Origin: Oligoflexia bacterium
Lineage (GTDB): Bacteria > Bdellovibrionota > UBA1018
NCBI GenBank assembly: GCA_963758495.1
Contig: CAVWVI010000003.1
Span: 64,001-128,000 of the forward strand
Direction of reading: 5' to 3'
DNA: 64,000 nt
Every line of letters begins with the position of its first letter. Position 1 is the first letter of the stretch. The translations under genes and the position numbers were made by a program. Positions 36,870 to 47,808 of this stretch are shown here, one piece after another. The notes beneath the pieces are model-generated. The model was not told the DNA's origin, ran no database searches, and worked only from the letters and a program-made list of their open reading frames with translations.

Positions 36870-38589
36870 GTAACCCCTCAATAAGTTGAGGGAATGAGCT
36901 GGCTTGTATTTTAGCCCGGTTTTGGAATTTGTTGTCGTATTAATATGGTAAGATTGGGTATCCTATCATTATTCAAAATTCGGCTATTCAAGTAATTCCA
37001 AAATGAAACTCTCAGTTTTTTGCACGTTTTTATTAGACTTGTAAAAGTATCTCGACAGGTCCGGCCCAAGTCATTTCTGGTACCACCACTTATTTTCCTA
37101 CGCGTAACATATTCGCGGATATCCGTTTCCGCCCCGTTATTATGAAGCGGAATTTCTGGACATTTTAGGACGACTAGAAGGCGCTCCTTCTTTGAATTCA
37201 ATTTCTTGAGTTCACATTCGACTTCCGAGTAAATCATTTCCTGATTGAAGATCTCATCAAATCTCTGACTGAGTCTTTTAGCAAATTTCGGATGAGGAGA
37301 TTGTTGGAAGCGCTTCAATAGATGGTAGTACACCCATATTTCAGTACGAACAGAATCTAATTCAATAGCCTCAGTATTTGATACAGGAACTAATCGATGA
37401 ATGTTTCTTTCAGCATGGATCCAACAAAGAGCTTGCTGGTTGGGAAATGCATTATACTGAAATGCATCATCACTCAAAATTAGGAGATCTTGTCGAAATC
37501 CATTTTCTATCAATGCCCCTACGAGAGCGGCTTCCGTAATAATCCGTTGGCTTTCGATGCCAGAAATTCCAAGTTGGGCAAGTGTTTTTTCCCAATTGGC
37601 TTTTCCAAGGATTGTCTGGCCCATATTATCTAAAACTACGGCAAGGGCTTTCGGGTCCAACTTATGTTCTTTTATATATTTTTCTGCGGTCGAATTAAGC
37701 TTATATTCAAATCGTTGCATCTGCAATAATTGCAAAAAATTGATTCGACTTTTTGATTCAGTACTTTGAAACCATGTAAACCAGGAGTTTCCTATTACAG
37801 TACAGAATCCATTTTTCCCCGCATGCCTTGCTCCGGTATCGTCTACTTGGATATAAGGAGAAACTTGAAGGCCAGTTTTAAGAATATCAGCTTTCTCTTC
37901 GTGAAAATTCTCGTGTCCTTCCGTAAGAATAAAATTAATCTCTCCAGCCGAAATATCAATGCCAAATTCTCTGAGTTCTTCCAGCAGGCGAGGCTGAGTG
38001 ACATGACATTGGTAATATTGATAGATAATATAGGTTTTTAACTGATTCCCAAAATGGCCATGAATTGAATTGGGTAACTCAGCCTCAATGTAGGAGCCAT
38101 CCTCAGTCTGCCACCTTTCCAAATGGTAGCGAGTATTATGTGCTTGGATTACCAGATCCTGTACCGTAAAATTTTTATACCCTTTAAACTTGGCCCCATC
38201 TGGTACCCGAGGAGCTTGAATAGTCTTGTGATCATGAATTTTCAAAAAGGCAGTCTTTGATCTCTTTTCTGAGCCCGCACGCTTTTTGAGACAGTTATTG
38301 GCTTTATTCTTTTCAAGTTGGCTAGCTTGCACCTTTGGACGAGGAGGTATATTTTTCAGTCTTGCAATCTCATCTCGAAGGTATCCAACTGTTAATTCTA
38401 ATTCTCGAATTTTGTGGATCTGTTGATTTATCAAGAATTCTTGCTGTTCAATAATGCCAATCAACCCACTTATGGACTGCGGTTTTTCTGATTTATATTT
38501 GAACTCTTGCTCCATGCTTTTAACGCAGCAATTTTCAATCCAAAATTGGCAAACGACAACATCTTTACCTCAACTTATTGAGGGGTTAC
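36870..38589 (-). mobile_element. IS66-family insertion sequence (single-ORF type), 1720 bp
   Basis: Perfect 22-bp TIRs GTAACCCCTCAATAAGTTGAGG (36870-36891 and 38568-38589) flanking the transposase. Confidence 0.9.
36911..38515 (-). CDS. IS66 family transposase
   Basis: Coiled-coil N-terminus, VDDTG, LSDDA...Y, QALCWIHAER and PLHNNGAETDIR...RKISGG motifs. Confidence 0.9.
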   Translation of the reverse strand: MEQEFKYKSEKPQSISGLIGIIEQQEFLINQQIHKIRELELTVGYLRDEIARLKNIPPRPKVQASQLEKNKANNCLKKRAGSEKRSKTAFLKIHDHKTIQAPRVPDGAKFKGYKNFTVQDLVIQAHNTRYHLERWQTEDGSYIEAELPNSIHGHFGNQLKTYIIYQYYQCHVTQPRLLEELREFGIDISAGEINFILTEGHENFHEEKADILKTGLQVSPYIQVDDTGARHAGKNGFCTVIGNSWFTWFQSTESKSRINFLQLLQMQRFEYKLNSTAEKYIKEHKLDPKALAVVLDNMGQTILGKANWEKTLAQLGISGIESQRIITEAALVGALIENGFRQDLLILSDDAFQYNAFPNQQALCWIHAERNIHRLVPVSNTEAIELDSVRTEIWVYYHLLKRFQQSPHPKFAKRLSQRFDEIFNQEMIYSEVECELKKLNSKKERLLVVLKCPEIPLHNNGAETDIREYVTRRKISGGTRNDLGRTCRDTFTSLIKTCKKLRVSFWNYLNSRILNNDRIPNLTILIRQQIPKPG

Positions 38590-39308
38590 ATTTTTTGATC
38601 CTGTTTTATAACCCTTTTCAAGTCACTCACTTTTCCCACAATTCCATAGAGAAACTGCTTTGGGGTGAGATTGCCCTTCATAACGCTCACTAGACCTGAA
38701 AAGGCTTTTGCAAAAAGAGTCGCCCTTTCTCTTTGGTCTTGAGAAGGCAGATCTTTTGCGAATTGGAAAAGGGCCTCCTGGGTCTGAAGTAGGGTGCGTT
38801 CAAGAAACTGGTCACGCAAGTTAAAGGTCGACTTCTTTCTTTGAATGATCTCATTACCGAGACTCAATCGCACTACAACGATTTCCTGAATCTGATCGAG
38901 ACACGCCTCCGTCGTACAGAAGGCTACCGCAGTTTTAATTTGATCTCCTAGAGAGGTCAAACTGTATTGATAAGGCCTCTGATGGCTAGAAAATTCTTTT
39001 CTCAGCTGTTTTCTTAGTCCTTTTTGGGCATTTTTAATCTGTACTTGCGCAGCTTTCAACCGATCGCGAAAAATCTGGTCCGGCAGAAGTGTCGCATTTC
39101 CAAAAGAACGACTTTTCAGGTCGTCTTCTATTTCAGTTATTCGTTTCTGAGCCCGATCTTCGGATGCTTGTAACTGAAACTGAATCAGCCTCATTTCAAT
39201 AAGGTGAGAAGTGGCATTCAAACCAGACTCTGTGCCGCTTCGGATTTTTTGATCATTTATTATGGTGAAAAAAATCTTTCGTTTAATTTTAAGGGTACCC
39301 CCACCCAA
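38590..39308 (-). pseudogene. Helical hypothetical gene fragment interrupted by IS66
   Basis: The ORF stop lies inside the IS TIR; there is an in-frame stop upstream; the frame continues on the other side of the IS. Confidence 0.55.
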
Positions 39309-39361
39309 TACCTGAGTGCCCTTTTAGGTGGGGAATTCCGCCGGAAATTGTTAAATAATCT

Positions 39362-39925
39362 CTACTCTATTTTTGGATTAAGAGGTTGAAATTCTATACT
39401 GGGTGCCATGCTCGAAGTAGAGGGCTCTGAATATAACGATGAAGAGGGCTCTGAAAAGAATTTCTTAAAGAAGTTGGGTTTACTGCTTTTACTATTTTGG
39501 AAATTCCTCTGCTGGCTTTGTAGCTTGAGCTGTTTTTTTATTTGGGCTTTTTCTGCTTTCTCTTCTTCTTCCAGAAACATATTATATTCATATTCGGTTA
39601 TAGAGGAATGAATCGTTAGACATACCAAAAATCCATCCGCATCAGCTATAAAGGCAGGCGCAGAAAAAGTACTAGTTCCGAAGCCGTATCCTTCTTTCCA
39701 GTATCCGCCGATCAGAATTTGTTTTTCTCCTTGAGTGACTACTTTAATAGTACCCACTTTATACTCTAATCTCTCATTGAGCCTTTCCACTGCTGATTGA
39801 GCGGATTCTTGCTCTTGGGTGTGTTCGCATACAATAAGATTAGGAAGATAATCCGCATGTGCAAAACGAGTCAGACTGATTGAAAAACAGATAAACAAAA
39901 AATATTTTAAATTTCGAGTAGTCAT
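39362..39925 (-). CDS. Secreted hypothetical protein, paralog 1
   Basis: Signal peptide (AHA-D); clearly homologous to 40021-40581. Confidence 0.75.
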   Translation of the reverse strand: MTTRNLKYFLFICFSISLTRFAHADYLPNLIVCEHTQEQESAQSAVERLNERLEYKVGTIKVVTQGEKQILIGGYWKEGYGFGTSTFSAPAFIADADGFLVCLTIHSSITEYEYNMFLEEEEKAEKAQIKKQLKLQSQQRNFQNSKSSKPNFFKKFFSEPSSSLYSEPSTSSMAPSIEFQPLNPKIE

Positions 39926-40020
39926 GGCTTGTATTGTTACTTATGAAAATGACTTGGCGCAATAATAATTTACAAAAAAGAAAATTCTCTGAGCCTAAAG
40001 AAAATATATATAATATTTAA

Positions 40021-40581
40021 TTATTCAATTTCATTTTCTAGAATGGGCTCTAGAAGGGGCTTGAGGCCTGAAGTAGAGGGCTCTGAAAAGAACTTCTTAA
40101 AGAAGTTGGGTTTGTTCGCCTTGTTGGGTTTACTGCTTTTACTATTCTGGAGATCCCTCTGCTGTTTTTTTAGCTCGAGCTGTTTTTGGTACTCGAGCCA
40201 TCTTGCTTCTTTTCTCAGAAACACTTTATAATCCTCCTCGGTTAAAGGGGAATCAATCGTGAGACATACCAAAGTTGTTCCATCCCTTTCAGCTATAAAG
40301 GTAGGCGCAGAAAAAGTACTACGTTCAAGGCTGTAGCTTCCTGGTATGCAGACGGTTTTTGCTCCAATCACAATTTGGTCCTCTCCTTGAGTGACTACTT
40401 TATAAAGACCTGCTTTATTTGCTAATCTCTTATTGAGCCTTTCCACTGCTGATTGAACGAACTCTCCCTCTTGGGCACGTTCGCATACGATAAGAGTAGA
40501 AACAAAATCCGCATATGCAACATGAGTAAGAGTGATTGAAAAACAGACAAGCCAAAAATATTTTAAATATCGAGTCATCAT
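40021..40581 (-). CDS. Secreted hypothetical protein, paralog 2
   Basis: Signal peptide (AYA-D); shares LIVCE, QSAVERLN, KVVTQGE, STFSAP, LVCLTI and KPNFFKKFFSEPS with paralog 1. Confidence 0.75.
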   Translation of the reverse strand: MMTRYLKYFWLVCFSITLTHVAYADFVSTLIVCERAQEGEFVQSAVERLNKRLANKAGLYKVVTQGEDQIVIGAKTVCIPGSYSLERSTFSAPTFIAERDGTTLVCLTIDSPLTEEDYKVFLRKEARWLEYQKQLELKKQQRDLQNSKSSKPNKANKPNFFKKFFSEPSTSGLKPLLEPILENEIE

Positions 40582-40775
40582 GACACGTATTACTACTTAC
40601 AAAAATGACTTGGTGCAATAATAATTTACAAAAAAGAAGATCTTCTGAGTCTAAAGAAAATATATATCAGTTAAATAATTATCCCCCCACCACAACCCTA
40701 CGATAAGGCCATGACGGGGGATAACAAATCTTAAGAGATTTTCAGATTTTAAATAATGACTGCTGCTACTCTGTA

Positions 40776-42650
40776 TTAAACAATTCTCTCGTGGCGTTTC
40801 ACGCTACGGAAGTTTTGAGATAATACTTTCTTACGCAGACGAATGGACTTAGGAGTGACTTCAATCCACTCATCTTCATCAATCCATTCAATACATTGCT
40901 CAAGGGACATCTTACGAATTCCTGAAAGAGTGACAAGCACTTCTGCATGAGCTGCACGAACATTGGTGAGCTTCTTTTCTTTACAAGGATTCACGTTTAA
41001 GTCGTTTTCCTTGCTATGCTCTCCAATAATCATTCCTTCATAGACAGGCACGCCTGGACCAAAAAAGAGAGTTCCTCGCTCTTCCAAAGTTAAAAGCGCG
41101 TATTCAATGGTATCCCCGGTTCGATCTGAGATGAGCGAACCACTGGTTCTATGAGGAAGATCGCCTTTGTGTGGGCCATAGCCTAATAGAAGAGTGCTGA
41201 AAAGGCCTTCTCCACGAGTCACCGTCAAGTAGCGCGAACGCATCCCTAAAAGGCCTCGGGTAGGAATATCAAATTCCAATCTGACGCGATGACTTCCGTG
41301 TCCAGAACCCCCTTCATACTTGGACAAAATTCCTTTTCGGGATTGAAACATATTCGTTACATCACCGACGGCAAACTCTGGAAGATCAAGAACGGCTCGT
41401 TCCATGGGTTCCATTCGTTCACCAGACTCATCGGTCTTGTAAAGAACGGTGGGCTTACCCACCATAAACTCAAAATTTTCACGTCTCATTTGCTCAATCA
41501 AAATCGCAAACTGAAGTTCGCCACGACCTAACACTCGAAATTGGTCATTAGTCGCAGTTTCTTCTAAACGTAATGCCACATTATTTCGTACTTCCCTGAC
41601 CAGACGATCTCTCAGCTTTCTGGACTGGATCGCCTCTCCTTCTTTTCCAGAAAGAGGTGACGTATTCACTGAGAAAACCATCCCTAAGGTAGGTTTTTCG
41701 ACATAAATTCGAGGAAGAGCTTCTTGAGATTCATTTCCGACGAGAGTATCGCCGATTTCGACTTTCTCATTTCCAGCAATCACGCCAATATCGCCTGCAA
41801 CCACTTCGTTGACTTCAACTTGTTTCAGTCCTTCATAGGTAAACACTTGTGTCACCGTGAAGGTTTCATTCCGAGGATTTCCAAGTTCATCAATCCCTTT
41901 TCGAGTCACTCTTTGATTCTTCTTTACTGAACCTGAAGTGAGTCGTCCAATGGACAGTCTTCCTACATAGTCAGAGTAAGACAAATTGGAAACCAACATT
42001 TGATATCCATCATCCGTGCTCTTTACGGGTGGAGGGGGGATATCTTTTAAAATTTCATCAAAAAGCGGCTTCAATGTTTGCTTCTGAGCACCAGACAAAA
42101 GATCCGGAAGCTCTTTGAAATCGGTAGTACACCATCCCTGTCTCGCACATGCGTACACAATAGGGAAATTAGCCTGAACTTCTGATGCACCTAAATCAAT
42201 AAATAAATCAAAAGCCTGATTCACGACTTCTTCTGTTCGTGCGTCTGGGCGGTCTACTTTATTAATCACTAAAATGACCTTAAGGCCTTGTGATAATGCC
42301 TTTTGAAGCACAAAGCGAGTTTGAGGCAAGGGACCTTCAGCCGCATCTACCAAGAGAAGAGCGCCGTCCACCATTCCCATGATTCGTTCGACTTCACCAC
42401 CAAAGTCAGCGTGGCCGGGAGTATCGACAATATTGATTTTCGTATTGCCTACTTTCACAGAAGTATTCTTAGATAAAATGGTAATTCCACGCTCACGTTC
42501 AAGATCCATCGAGTCCATCACTCGTTCTTCAAGGACTTGATGTTGCTTGAAGGTACCTGCTTGGCGGAGTAAAAAATCCACTAACGTGGTTTTTCCATGG
42601 TCAACGTGTGCAATGATACAAATATTCCGAAGTTCATTAGTTTCTGACAT
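40776..42650 (-). CDS. typA: Translational GTPase TypA/BipA
   Basis: [36 protein letters not shown] and [11 protein letters not shown] motifs. Confidence 0.97.
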   Translation of the reverse strand: MSETNELRNICIIAHVDHGKTTLVDFLLRQAGTFKQHQVLEERVMDSMDLERERGITILSKNTSVKVGNTKINIVDTPGHADFGGEVERIMGMVDGALLLVDAAEGPLPQTRFVLQKALSQGLKVILVINKVDRPDARTEEVVNQAFDLFIDLGASEVQANFPIVYACARQGWCTTDFKELPDLLSGAQKQTLKPLFDEILKDIPPPPVKSTDDGYQMLVSNLSYSDYVGRLSIGRLTSGSVKKNQRVTRKGIDELGNPRNETFTVTQVFTYEGLKQVEVNEVVAGDIGVIAGNEKVEIGDTLVGNESQEALPRIYVEKPTLGMVFSVNTSPLSGKEGEAIQSRKLRDRLVREVRNNVALRLEETATNDQFRVLGRGELQFAILIEQMRRENFEFMVGKPTVLYKTDESGERMEPMERAVLDLPEFAVGDVTNMFQSRKGILSKYEGGSGHGSHRVRLEFDIPTRGLLGMRSRYLTVTRGEGLFSTLLLGYGPHKGDLPHRTSGSLISDRTGDTIEYALLTLEERGTLFFGPGVPVYEGMIIGEHSKENDLNVNPCKEKKLTNVRAAHAEVLVTLSGIRKMSLEQCIEWIDEDEWIEVTPKSIRLRKKVLSQNFRSVKRHERIV

Positions 42651-42663
42651 AAAACACTACTTT

Positions 42664-44052
42664 CTAAGCTCCTTTGATCGCTGTGACTAACGACTCACAG
42701 GTACTCTTGGCATCACCGAACACCAAAGAGCAATTGGAGTAATAGAAAAGCGCATTATCGACACCGGCATAGCCGGCTTTCATGGACCGTTTGCTGACAA
42801 AAATATGCTTTGCTTTATAAACATCTAAGATAGGCATACCATAAAGAGGACTTGATTTATCACTCTTTGCTGCTGGATTGACGACGTCATTCGCGCCAAT
42901 GATCAGCCCTACATCCGTAGAGGAAAATTCATTATTAATTTCTTCCATTTCAAAAACACAATCGTACGGGATATCAGATTCTGCAAGAAGGACATTCATA
43001 TGTCCGGGCATACGCCCTGCCACGGGGTGAATGGCAAACTTCACTTCAACCCCTTTTTCCGTAAGAACTTCATAAAGCTCTTTAATCGCATGCTGCGCTT
43101 GGGCTACAGCCATTCCATAACCGGGAATAATGATGACTTTAGATGCGTTTTCAAGCATGAACGCCACATCTTCGGGAGAAGCCGATTTAACACCTTTCCC
43201 TGCCGCTTGCGTTGCCACTGCAGCAACCTGGTCACTTCCCGCCCCCCCAAAAATGACACTCAAGATGGATCGATTCATAGCTTTACACATGATATATGAA
43301 AGAATCGCACCACTACTCCCTACCAATGCACCCGTTGCGATCAAGAGCTGATTTCCTAGAATAAAACCAGTGGCTGATGCCGCCCAGCCCGAGTAGGAGT
43401 TCAACATTGATACGACTACAGGCATATCAGCGCCCCCAATCGGCAAGACTAAGAGGAATCCCAACACAAGAGCAATGACAGTGATGGCAATAAAGGAAAC
43501 AAAATCATTTGCCATTACAAAATGAATACCCAGACCTGTCATAGAGAGTGCCAAAATCAAATTGAGCAAATGCTGACCCGGAAAAATCAAAGGGTTAGAC
43601 TTAAGAATTTCCTGAAGCTTTCCAAATGCCACTAAAGATCCGGTAAAAGTAATCGCTCCAATGACACTGCCCACAGCCAACTCCACCATCGCGACTGTCG
43701 TCAGTTGTCCATTTTGATTATGAGAGAGGTAGGTCCCTATCGCGACAAGAACAGCAGAAAGGCCTACAAAACTATGTAAAGCGGCTACGAGTTGAGGCAT
43801 AGCGGTCATACTAATTCTGAGGGCAAGCACAACGCCCACAATAGCCCCTAAGCCAAGTCCAGAAATGACCCAAGTGTAATTTTTAACCTCAGGGTTCGCC
43901 AATGTAACGACGATGGCAAGACCCATCCCAATCATTGCCGACAGATTCCCACGCAGGGCTGTCTTAGGTGAACTTAAACCCTTGAGTCCATATATAAATA
44001 GGATCGTGGCCACTAAGTAAGCAAATGCAAAAAAATCTGGGTGAATTTCCAT
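42664..44052 (-). CDS. pntB: NAD(P) transhydrogenase subunit beta
   Basis: IGGADMPVVVSMLNSYSG, PGYGMAVAQAQ and HPVAGRMPGHMNVLLAE motifs. Confidence 0.97.
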   Translation of the reverse strand: MEIHPDFFAFAYLVATILFIYGLKGLSSPKTALRGNLSAMIGMGLAIVVTLANPEVKNYTWVISGLGLGAIVGVVLALRISMTAMPQLVAALHSFVGLSAVLVAIGTYLSHNQNGQLTTVAMVELAVGSVIGAITFTGSLVAFGKLQEILKSNPLIFPGQHLLNLILALSMTGLGIHFVMANDFVSFIAITVIALVLGFLLVLPIGGADMPVVVSMLNSYSGWAASATGFILGNQLLIATGALVGSSGAILSYIMCKAMNRSILSVIFGGAGSDQVAAVATQAAGKGVKSASPEDVAFMLENASKVIIIPGYGMAVAQAQHAIKELYEVLTEKGVEVKFAIHPVAGRMPGHMNVLLAESDIPYDCVFEMEEINNEFSSTDVGLIIGANDVVNPAAKSDKSSPLYGMPILDVYKAKHIFVSKRSMKAGYAGVDNALFYYSNCSLVFGDAKSTCESLVTAIKGA

Positions 44053-44061
44053 AATCTCTCT

Positions 44062-44349
44062 CTACTTTTTCTTTTTAAACATCGCTAACATTCGGTTCGT
44101 AACAACAAAGCCGCCAAAAATATTAATAGAGGCGAGAAATACTGCAAAAAAACCAATTCCGCTGATCCAATCCAAGCTCCCTACGTTCGCTCCCGCCACT
44201 AAAATAGCACCTACTACTACGATTGCACTAATCGCATTCGTAACCGCCATTAAGGGTGTATGAAGTGCAGGGGTGACGCCCCAAATGACGTGGTATCCTA
44301 CGAAACAGGACAGAACGAAAACATAAATTGCTGTCATTGTCGGTGACAT
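44062..44349 (-). CDS. pntAb: NAD(P) transhydrogenase subunit alpha, membrane part
   Basis: [17 protein letters not shown] and [16 protein letters not shown]. Confidence 0.95.
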   Translation of the reverse strand: MSPTMTAIYVFVLSCFVGYHVIWGVTPALHTPLMAVTNAISAIVVVGAILVAGANVGSLDWISGIGFFAVFLASINIFGGFVVTNRMLAMFKKKK

Positions 44350-44384
44350 ATTTTTCCTCTATTTCATTTCACTTAAAAATCGCT

Positions 44385-45503
44385 TCATGCCCGTTTTAAC
44401 CGAATATCCCCTGAATGCGTGACCAGAGCTGCAGCAATAATATCATCTTCTAAGTTAATATTTAAACTTAATTTACCCTCTTTAACTTCAATCAAAATAC
44501 TCAAAAGAGAAATTAAATTATTACCGTAAAATCCACTCGCATCCGTCGCCATCATGGATGGATAATTCATAAATCCCACCAGTGAAACTCCGTGTTTAAC
44601 TACCAACCGATCGGCTTCACTCAGGGGACAATTTCCACCACTTCCGGCTGCCATATCTATAATCACCGAACCCGCTCTCATCCCTTTGACCGCTTCTTCA
44701 CTAATCAAAACAGGAGCTTTTCGACCTGGGATATTTGCAGTTGAAATGACGACATCACATTTTTTAATTTTTTCTGTCAGGAGAGCGAGTTGCTTTTTCT
44801 TAGCTTCCTCGGACAACTCCTTAGCATATCCACCCTGGCCAGATCCCTCTTCGCCTAGATCTAATTCAAGAAACTTAGCTCCAAGAGACTGGATTTGCTC
44901 TTTCACTTCAGGCCGAACATCGTAGGCTTCAATGGATGCACCCAATCGCTTTGCGGTAGCAATCGCCTGCAAGCCGGCCACACCTGCGCCGAGAACCAAT
45001 ACTTTGACGGGTTTTGAAGAACCAGCGGAGGTCATCATTAAGGGGAAAAACCGACTGTAACGCGTGGCTGCTTCAAGAACCGCTCGATACCCTGCAATAT
45101 TAGCTTGAGAGGATAAAGCATCCATGGACTGTGCTCGAGATGTCCTAGGGATGAGTTCCATTCCGATTGCCTCAATCCCTGCCTGAGCCAGTTTCTCAAT
45201 CGTACCATCCTTCTTATAGGGCTCAATAAAAGAGACTAACAGACTCCCCTTTTTCATATGAGCTATTTCATCTGGAGTGGGTGGATGGATCTTTAAAACG
45301 ATTTCAGCTGAAAAGGCAGTCCGCGTGTCTACTAGCTCAACACCTTCCATTGTATATAGATCATCTGGAAAGCCAGCCCTGACGCCGCATGAACGTTCTA
45401 CTAAGACTTTAAATCCCTTTTTACAAAGTTTCTTAAGAGTATCAGGAGTTAGAGCAACCCGAGCCTCATCTGGACGTATTTCTTTAGGAAGTCCTATGAT
45501 CAT
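44385..45503 (-). CDS. pntAa: NAD(P) transhydrogenase subunit alpha, NAD(H)-binding part
   Basis: RAQSMDALSSQANIAGY, GAGVAGLQA and GGYAK motifs. Confidence 0.95.
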   Translation of the reverse strand: MIIGLPKEIRPDEARVALTPDTLKKLCKKGFKVLVERSCGVRAGFPDDLYTMEGVELVDTRTAFSAEIVLKIHPPTPDEIAHMKKGSLLVSFIEPYKKDGTIEKLAQAGIEAIGMELIPRTSRAQSMDALSSQANIAGYRAVLEAATRYSRFFPLMMTSAGSSKPVKVLVLGAGVAGLQAIATAKRLGASIEAYDVRPEVKEQIQSLGAKFLELDLGEEGSGQGGYAKELSEEAKKKQLALLTEKIKKCDVVISTANIPGRKAPVLISEEAVKGMRAGSVIIDMAAGSGGNCPLSEADRLVVKHGVSLVGFMNYPSMMATDASGFYGNNLISLLSILIEVKEGKLSLNINLEDDIIAAALVTHSGDIRLKRA

Positions 45504-45574
45504 ATGCACAATTCTCACGGTTATGGTTATTAGAAAGCCTATATACCTGATTAGAGCAGTTTCTCCTACTGGTT

Positions 45575-46729
45575 TTATGCCACATTCTTATTTCTCATGA
45601 TCTGCTCCCGATACCACTGAGGAGGAGCAAATTTCTCTTTGGGAAAGGGTAATCGATTGAGCTCAATCTCATGAAAAAAGCTAGGAATGTAGCCCGTCGC
45701 AATAAATTCTCCTACAATTTTTCCCTCTGCCGACTTACCCCTTTGAACAAATTTAAAAATATCCTCTATTTTATATCGACCAGAATCATCAATTTCTGGA
45801 ATCACTTCGGTAATATTGGTTACTTTTCTAGTACCATCATACATTCTTTTAATTTGAACTACCAAGTGAACAGCAGAAGCAATTTGCCGTCGAATAGCAG
45901 CTACTGGAACCTGGGTATCTCCCATCATAGCTAATGTCTCCAGACGAACCAAGCCGTCGTATGGGGTATTTGCATGGGTTGTTCCCATGGAGCCGCCATG
46001 GCCTGTATTCATCGCTGTAATCAAATCTAAGGCTTCGGGGCCTCGAACTTCCCCTACCACAATCCGATCAGGACGCAGCCTGAGAGCAGATTTAATTAAA
46101 TCACGAATCGAAACTTGCCCCTTGCCTGATGGATCCGCATGCTTCGTTTCAAAAAAAACGACGTGTTCTGTATTAATTTTCAATTCTGACGAGTCTTCAA
46201 TGATTAATAACCGTTGGGACCCAGGGATTCTAGACCCTAAAACATTGAGTAAAGTGGTCTTACCAGACCCAGTTCCCCCAGAAATGATAATATTTTTAGC
46301 TAGATAGATGCACACATCCAAAAATCTTGCACCATCTTTGGAAATTGACCCACGATTCAGAAGATCTACGAAAGTGGGATTCCCTTTTGAAAACTTACGT
46401 ATCGACAAAGTAGTCCCTTTTCGAGAGCAAGGGGGCAGAACAGCCGCCACACGACTCCCATCTGGAAGACGAGCATCTAAAATGGGATTATCTTCATCAA
46501 TTCTCCGACCGACAAATTGAGCAATATTTCGAACAGCCGCCTGGAGTGCCTGCTCATCTTTGAACTGGGCAGGTGTTTTCTCCAAAAGACCTCGACGTTC
46601 TACAAAAACCTCATTAGGTCCGTTCACTAAAACTTCAGAAACAGCATCGTCTGCCAAGTACTCCTTGAGCGGGCTGAGAAAACTTCCTACTGAGTCCTCA
46701 AAAACACCCACTCTAAGAGTTCTCCCCAC
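45575..46729 (-). CDS. CpaF/TadA family pilus assembly ATPase
   Basis: DARLPDGSR, SGGTGSGKTT, ALRLRPDRIVVGEVRG and AMNTGH motifs. Confidence 0.92.
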   Translation of the reverse strand: MGRTLRVGVFEDSVGSFLSPLKEYLADDAVSEVLVNGPNEVFVERRGLLEKTPAQFKDEQALQAAVRNIAQFVGRRIDEDNPILDARLPDGSRVAAVLPPCSRKGTTLSIRKFSKGNPTFVDLLNRGSISKDGARFLDVCIYLAKNIIISGGTGSGKTTLLNVLGSRIPGSQRLLIIEDSSELKINTEHVVFFETKHADPSGKGQVSIRDLIKSALRLRPDRIVVGEVRGPEALDLITAMNTGHGGSMGTTHANTPYDGLVRLETLAMMGDTQVPVAAIRRQIASAVHLVVQIKRMYDGTRKVTNITEVIPEIDDSGRYKIEDIFKFVQRGKSAEGKIVGEFIATGYIPSFFHEIELNRLPFPKEKFAPPQWYREQIMRNKNVA

Positions 46730-46747
46730 TCATGACGTTCTTGCCTC

Positions 46748-47356
46748 TCACTGCTTCACCAACAAAGTGCCTTCCATTCCAGTTACCGGGCAATAAAAAC
46801 GGAATTGCCCTGGAGTGGATGGAGTAAAAAGAATTTCTTCAATTTTCTGAGGATGAACTTTCTTACGAATTTGAAAAGAGTCCATCATGAAGCAAAGGGA
46901 TTTTTTCGAAACAGCCGTTACAAAAAGCCTCACTGGAATATCGCGAGTCACAAAAAGAGTTTTCGGAAAAAATCCAAGATCTCCAACAATCAAGGAGACT
47001 TCTTGAACTCCAGTCCGACCAATAGCGCTTGGAGTAGGATTCTGGTTGGCCGCCGAATTCGGCATTTTATCATTCTGCACTTCAGACTGGACTACCGGAT
47101 TCGCCTGTATTTCAGCAGTCTTCTGATTATACTCTAGACCTGCAGGATACCTATTTCCGGCCCTGAGTCCTATCGAATCTTGATTGGCGCCAAAATGCGA
47201 CTCCGGAAACTCTTCTTCTATAGGCGTAATAGAAAGAGGAGGAGACATCCTCGATGAATCTAAGATAATCCCTGCAATGACTTGAGTAGTCATTAAAAAG
47301 ACCGTTATAACCGTAATTAATATCAAGACTTTATGTACCCGGCTGAATCTTTCCAT
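46748..47356 (-). CDS. Exported protein with C-terminal cupredoxin-like domain
   Basis: AGGAGG RBS before MERF; GFFPKTL...PGQFRFYCP...MEGTL. Confidence 0.7.
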   Translation of the reverse strand: MERFSRVHKVLILITVITVFLMTTQVIAGIILDSSRMSPPLSITPIEEEFPESHFGANQDSIGLRAGNRYPAGLEYNQKTAEIQANPVVQSEVQNDKMPNSAANQNPTPSAIGRTGVQEVSLIVGDLGFFPKTLFVTRDIPVRLFVTAVSKKSLCFMMDSFQIRKKVHPQKIEEILFTPSTPGQFRFYCPVTGMEGTLLVKQ

Positions 47357-47466
47357 AGAATCGCCTCCTTCACACTTTCTTTTCGGGAGGAAGGAGGGAA
47401 AACTGTAGTTAAAATAACCCAAATACAAAATAACCCAAATACAAATAATAATCCAAACTTGCTGGA

Positions 47467-47775
47467 CTACTGGGCGTGGCTCTTCAGTTTTTCCTGCATT
47501 TCAAGTTTCAAGTGTTTGGAATAGGTACCTGCCAAATCACGAAGTTCAAGCGTCTCTGCCTTTTCTTCAAGTACTTTAAATAAAATTTGGCCCTGTACCA
47601 TCATCTTTAGCGTTAAATACCCAACTGCGGTTCTTTCTTCTTGAAATCGAACCATTTCTTCCAAAAGCTCAAGCTTGTCCATCTTAAGCACCCTACCCTG
47701 ATAGGTAAGATCCTCTTCTCTAGTTGCTCTTGCTTCACGAACTTCCTGTAATACTATTACTTTATTTGTATTCAT
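47467..47775 (-). CDS. Hypothetical helical protein
   Basis: ORF of about 102 aa with a sigma-54 promoter upstream. Confidence 0.6.
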   Translation of the reverse strand: MNTNKVIVLQEVREARATREEDLTYQGRVLKMDKLELLEEMVRFQEERTAVGYLTLKMMVQGQILFKVLEEKAETLELRDLAGTYSKHLKLEMQEKLKSHAQ

Positions 47776-47791
47776 TCTGGTGCGAGCAGAA

Positions 47792-47808
47792 AGCAATTAG
47801 GGTGCCAA
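47792..47808 (-). promoter_or_regulatory. sigma-54 promoter
   Basis: TTGGCACCCTAATTGCT on the minus strand (GG-N10-GC). Confidence 0.7.
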
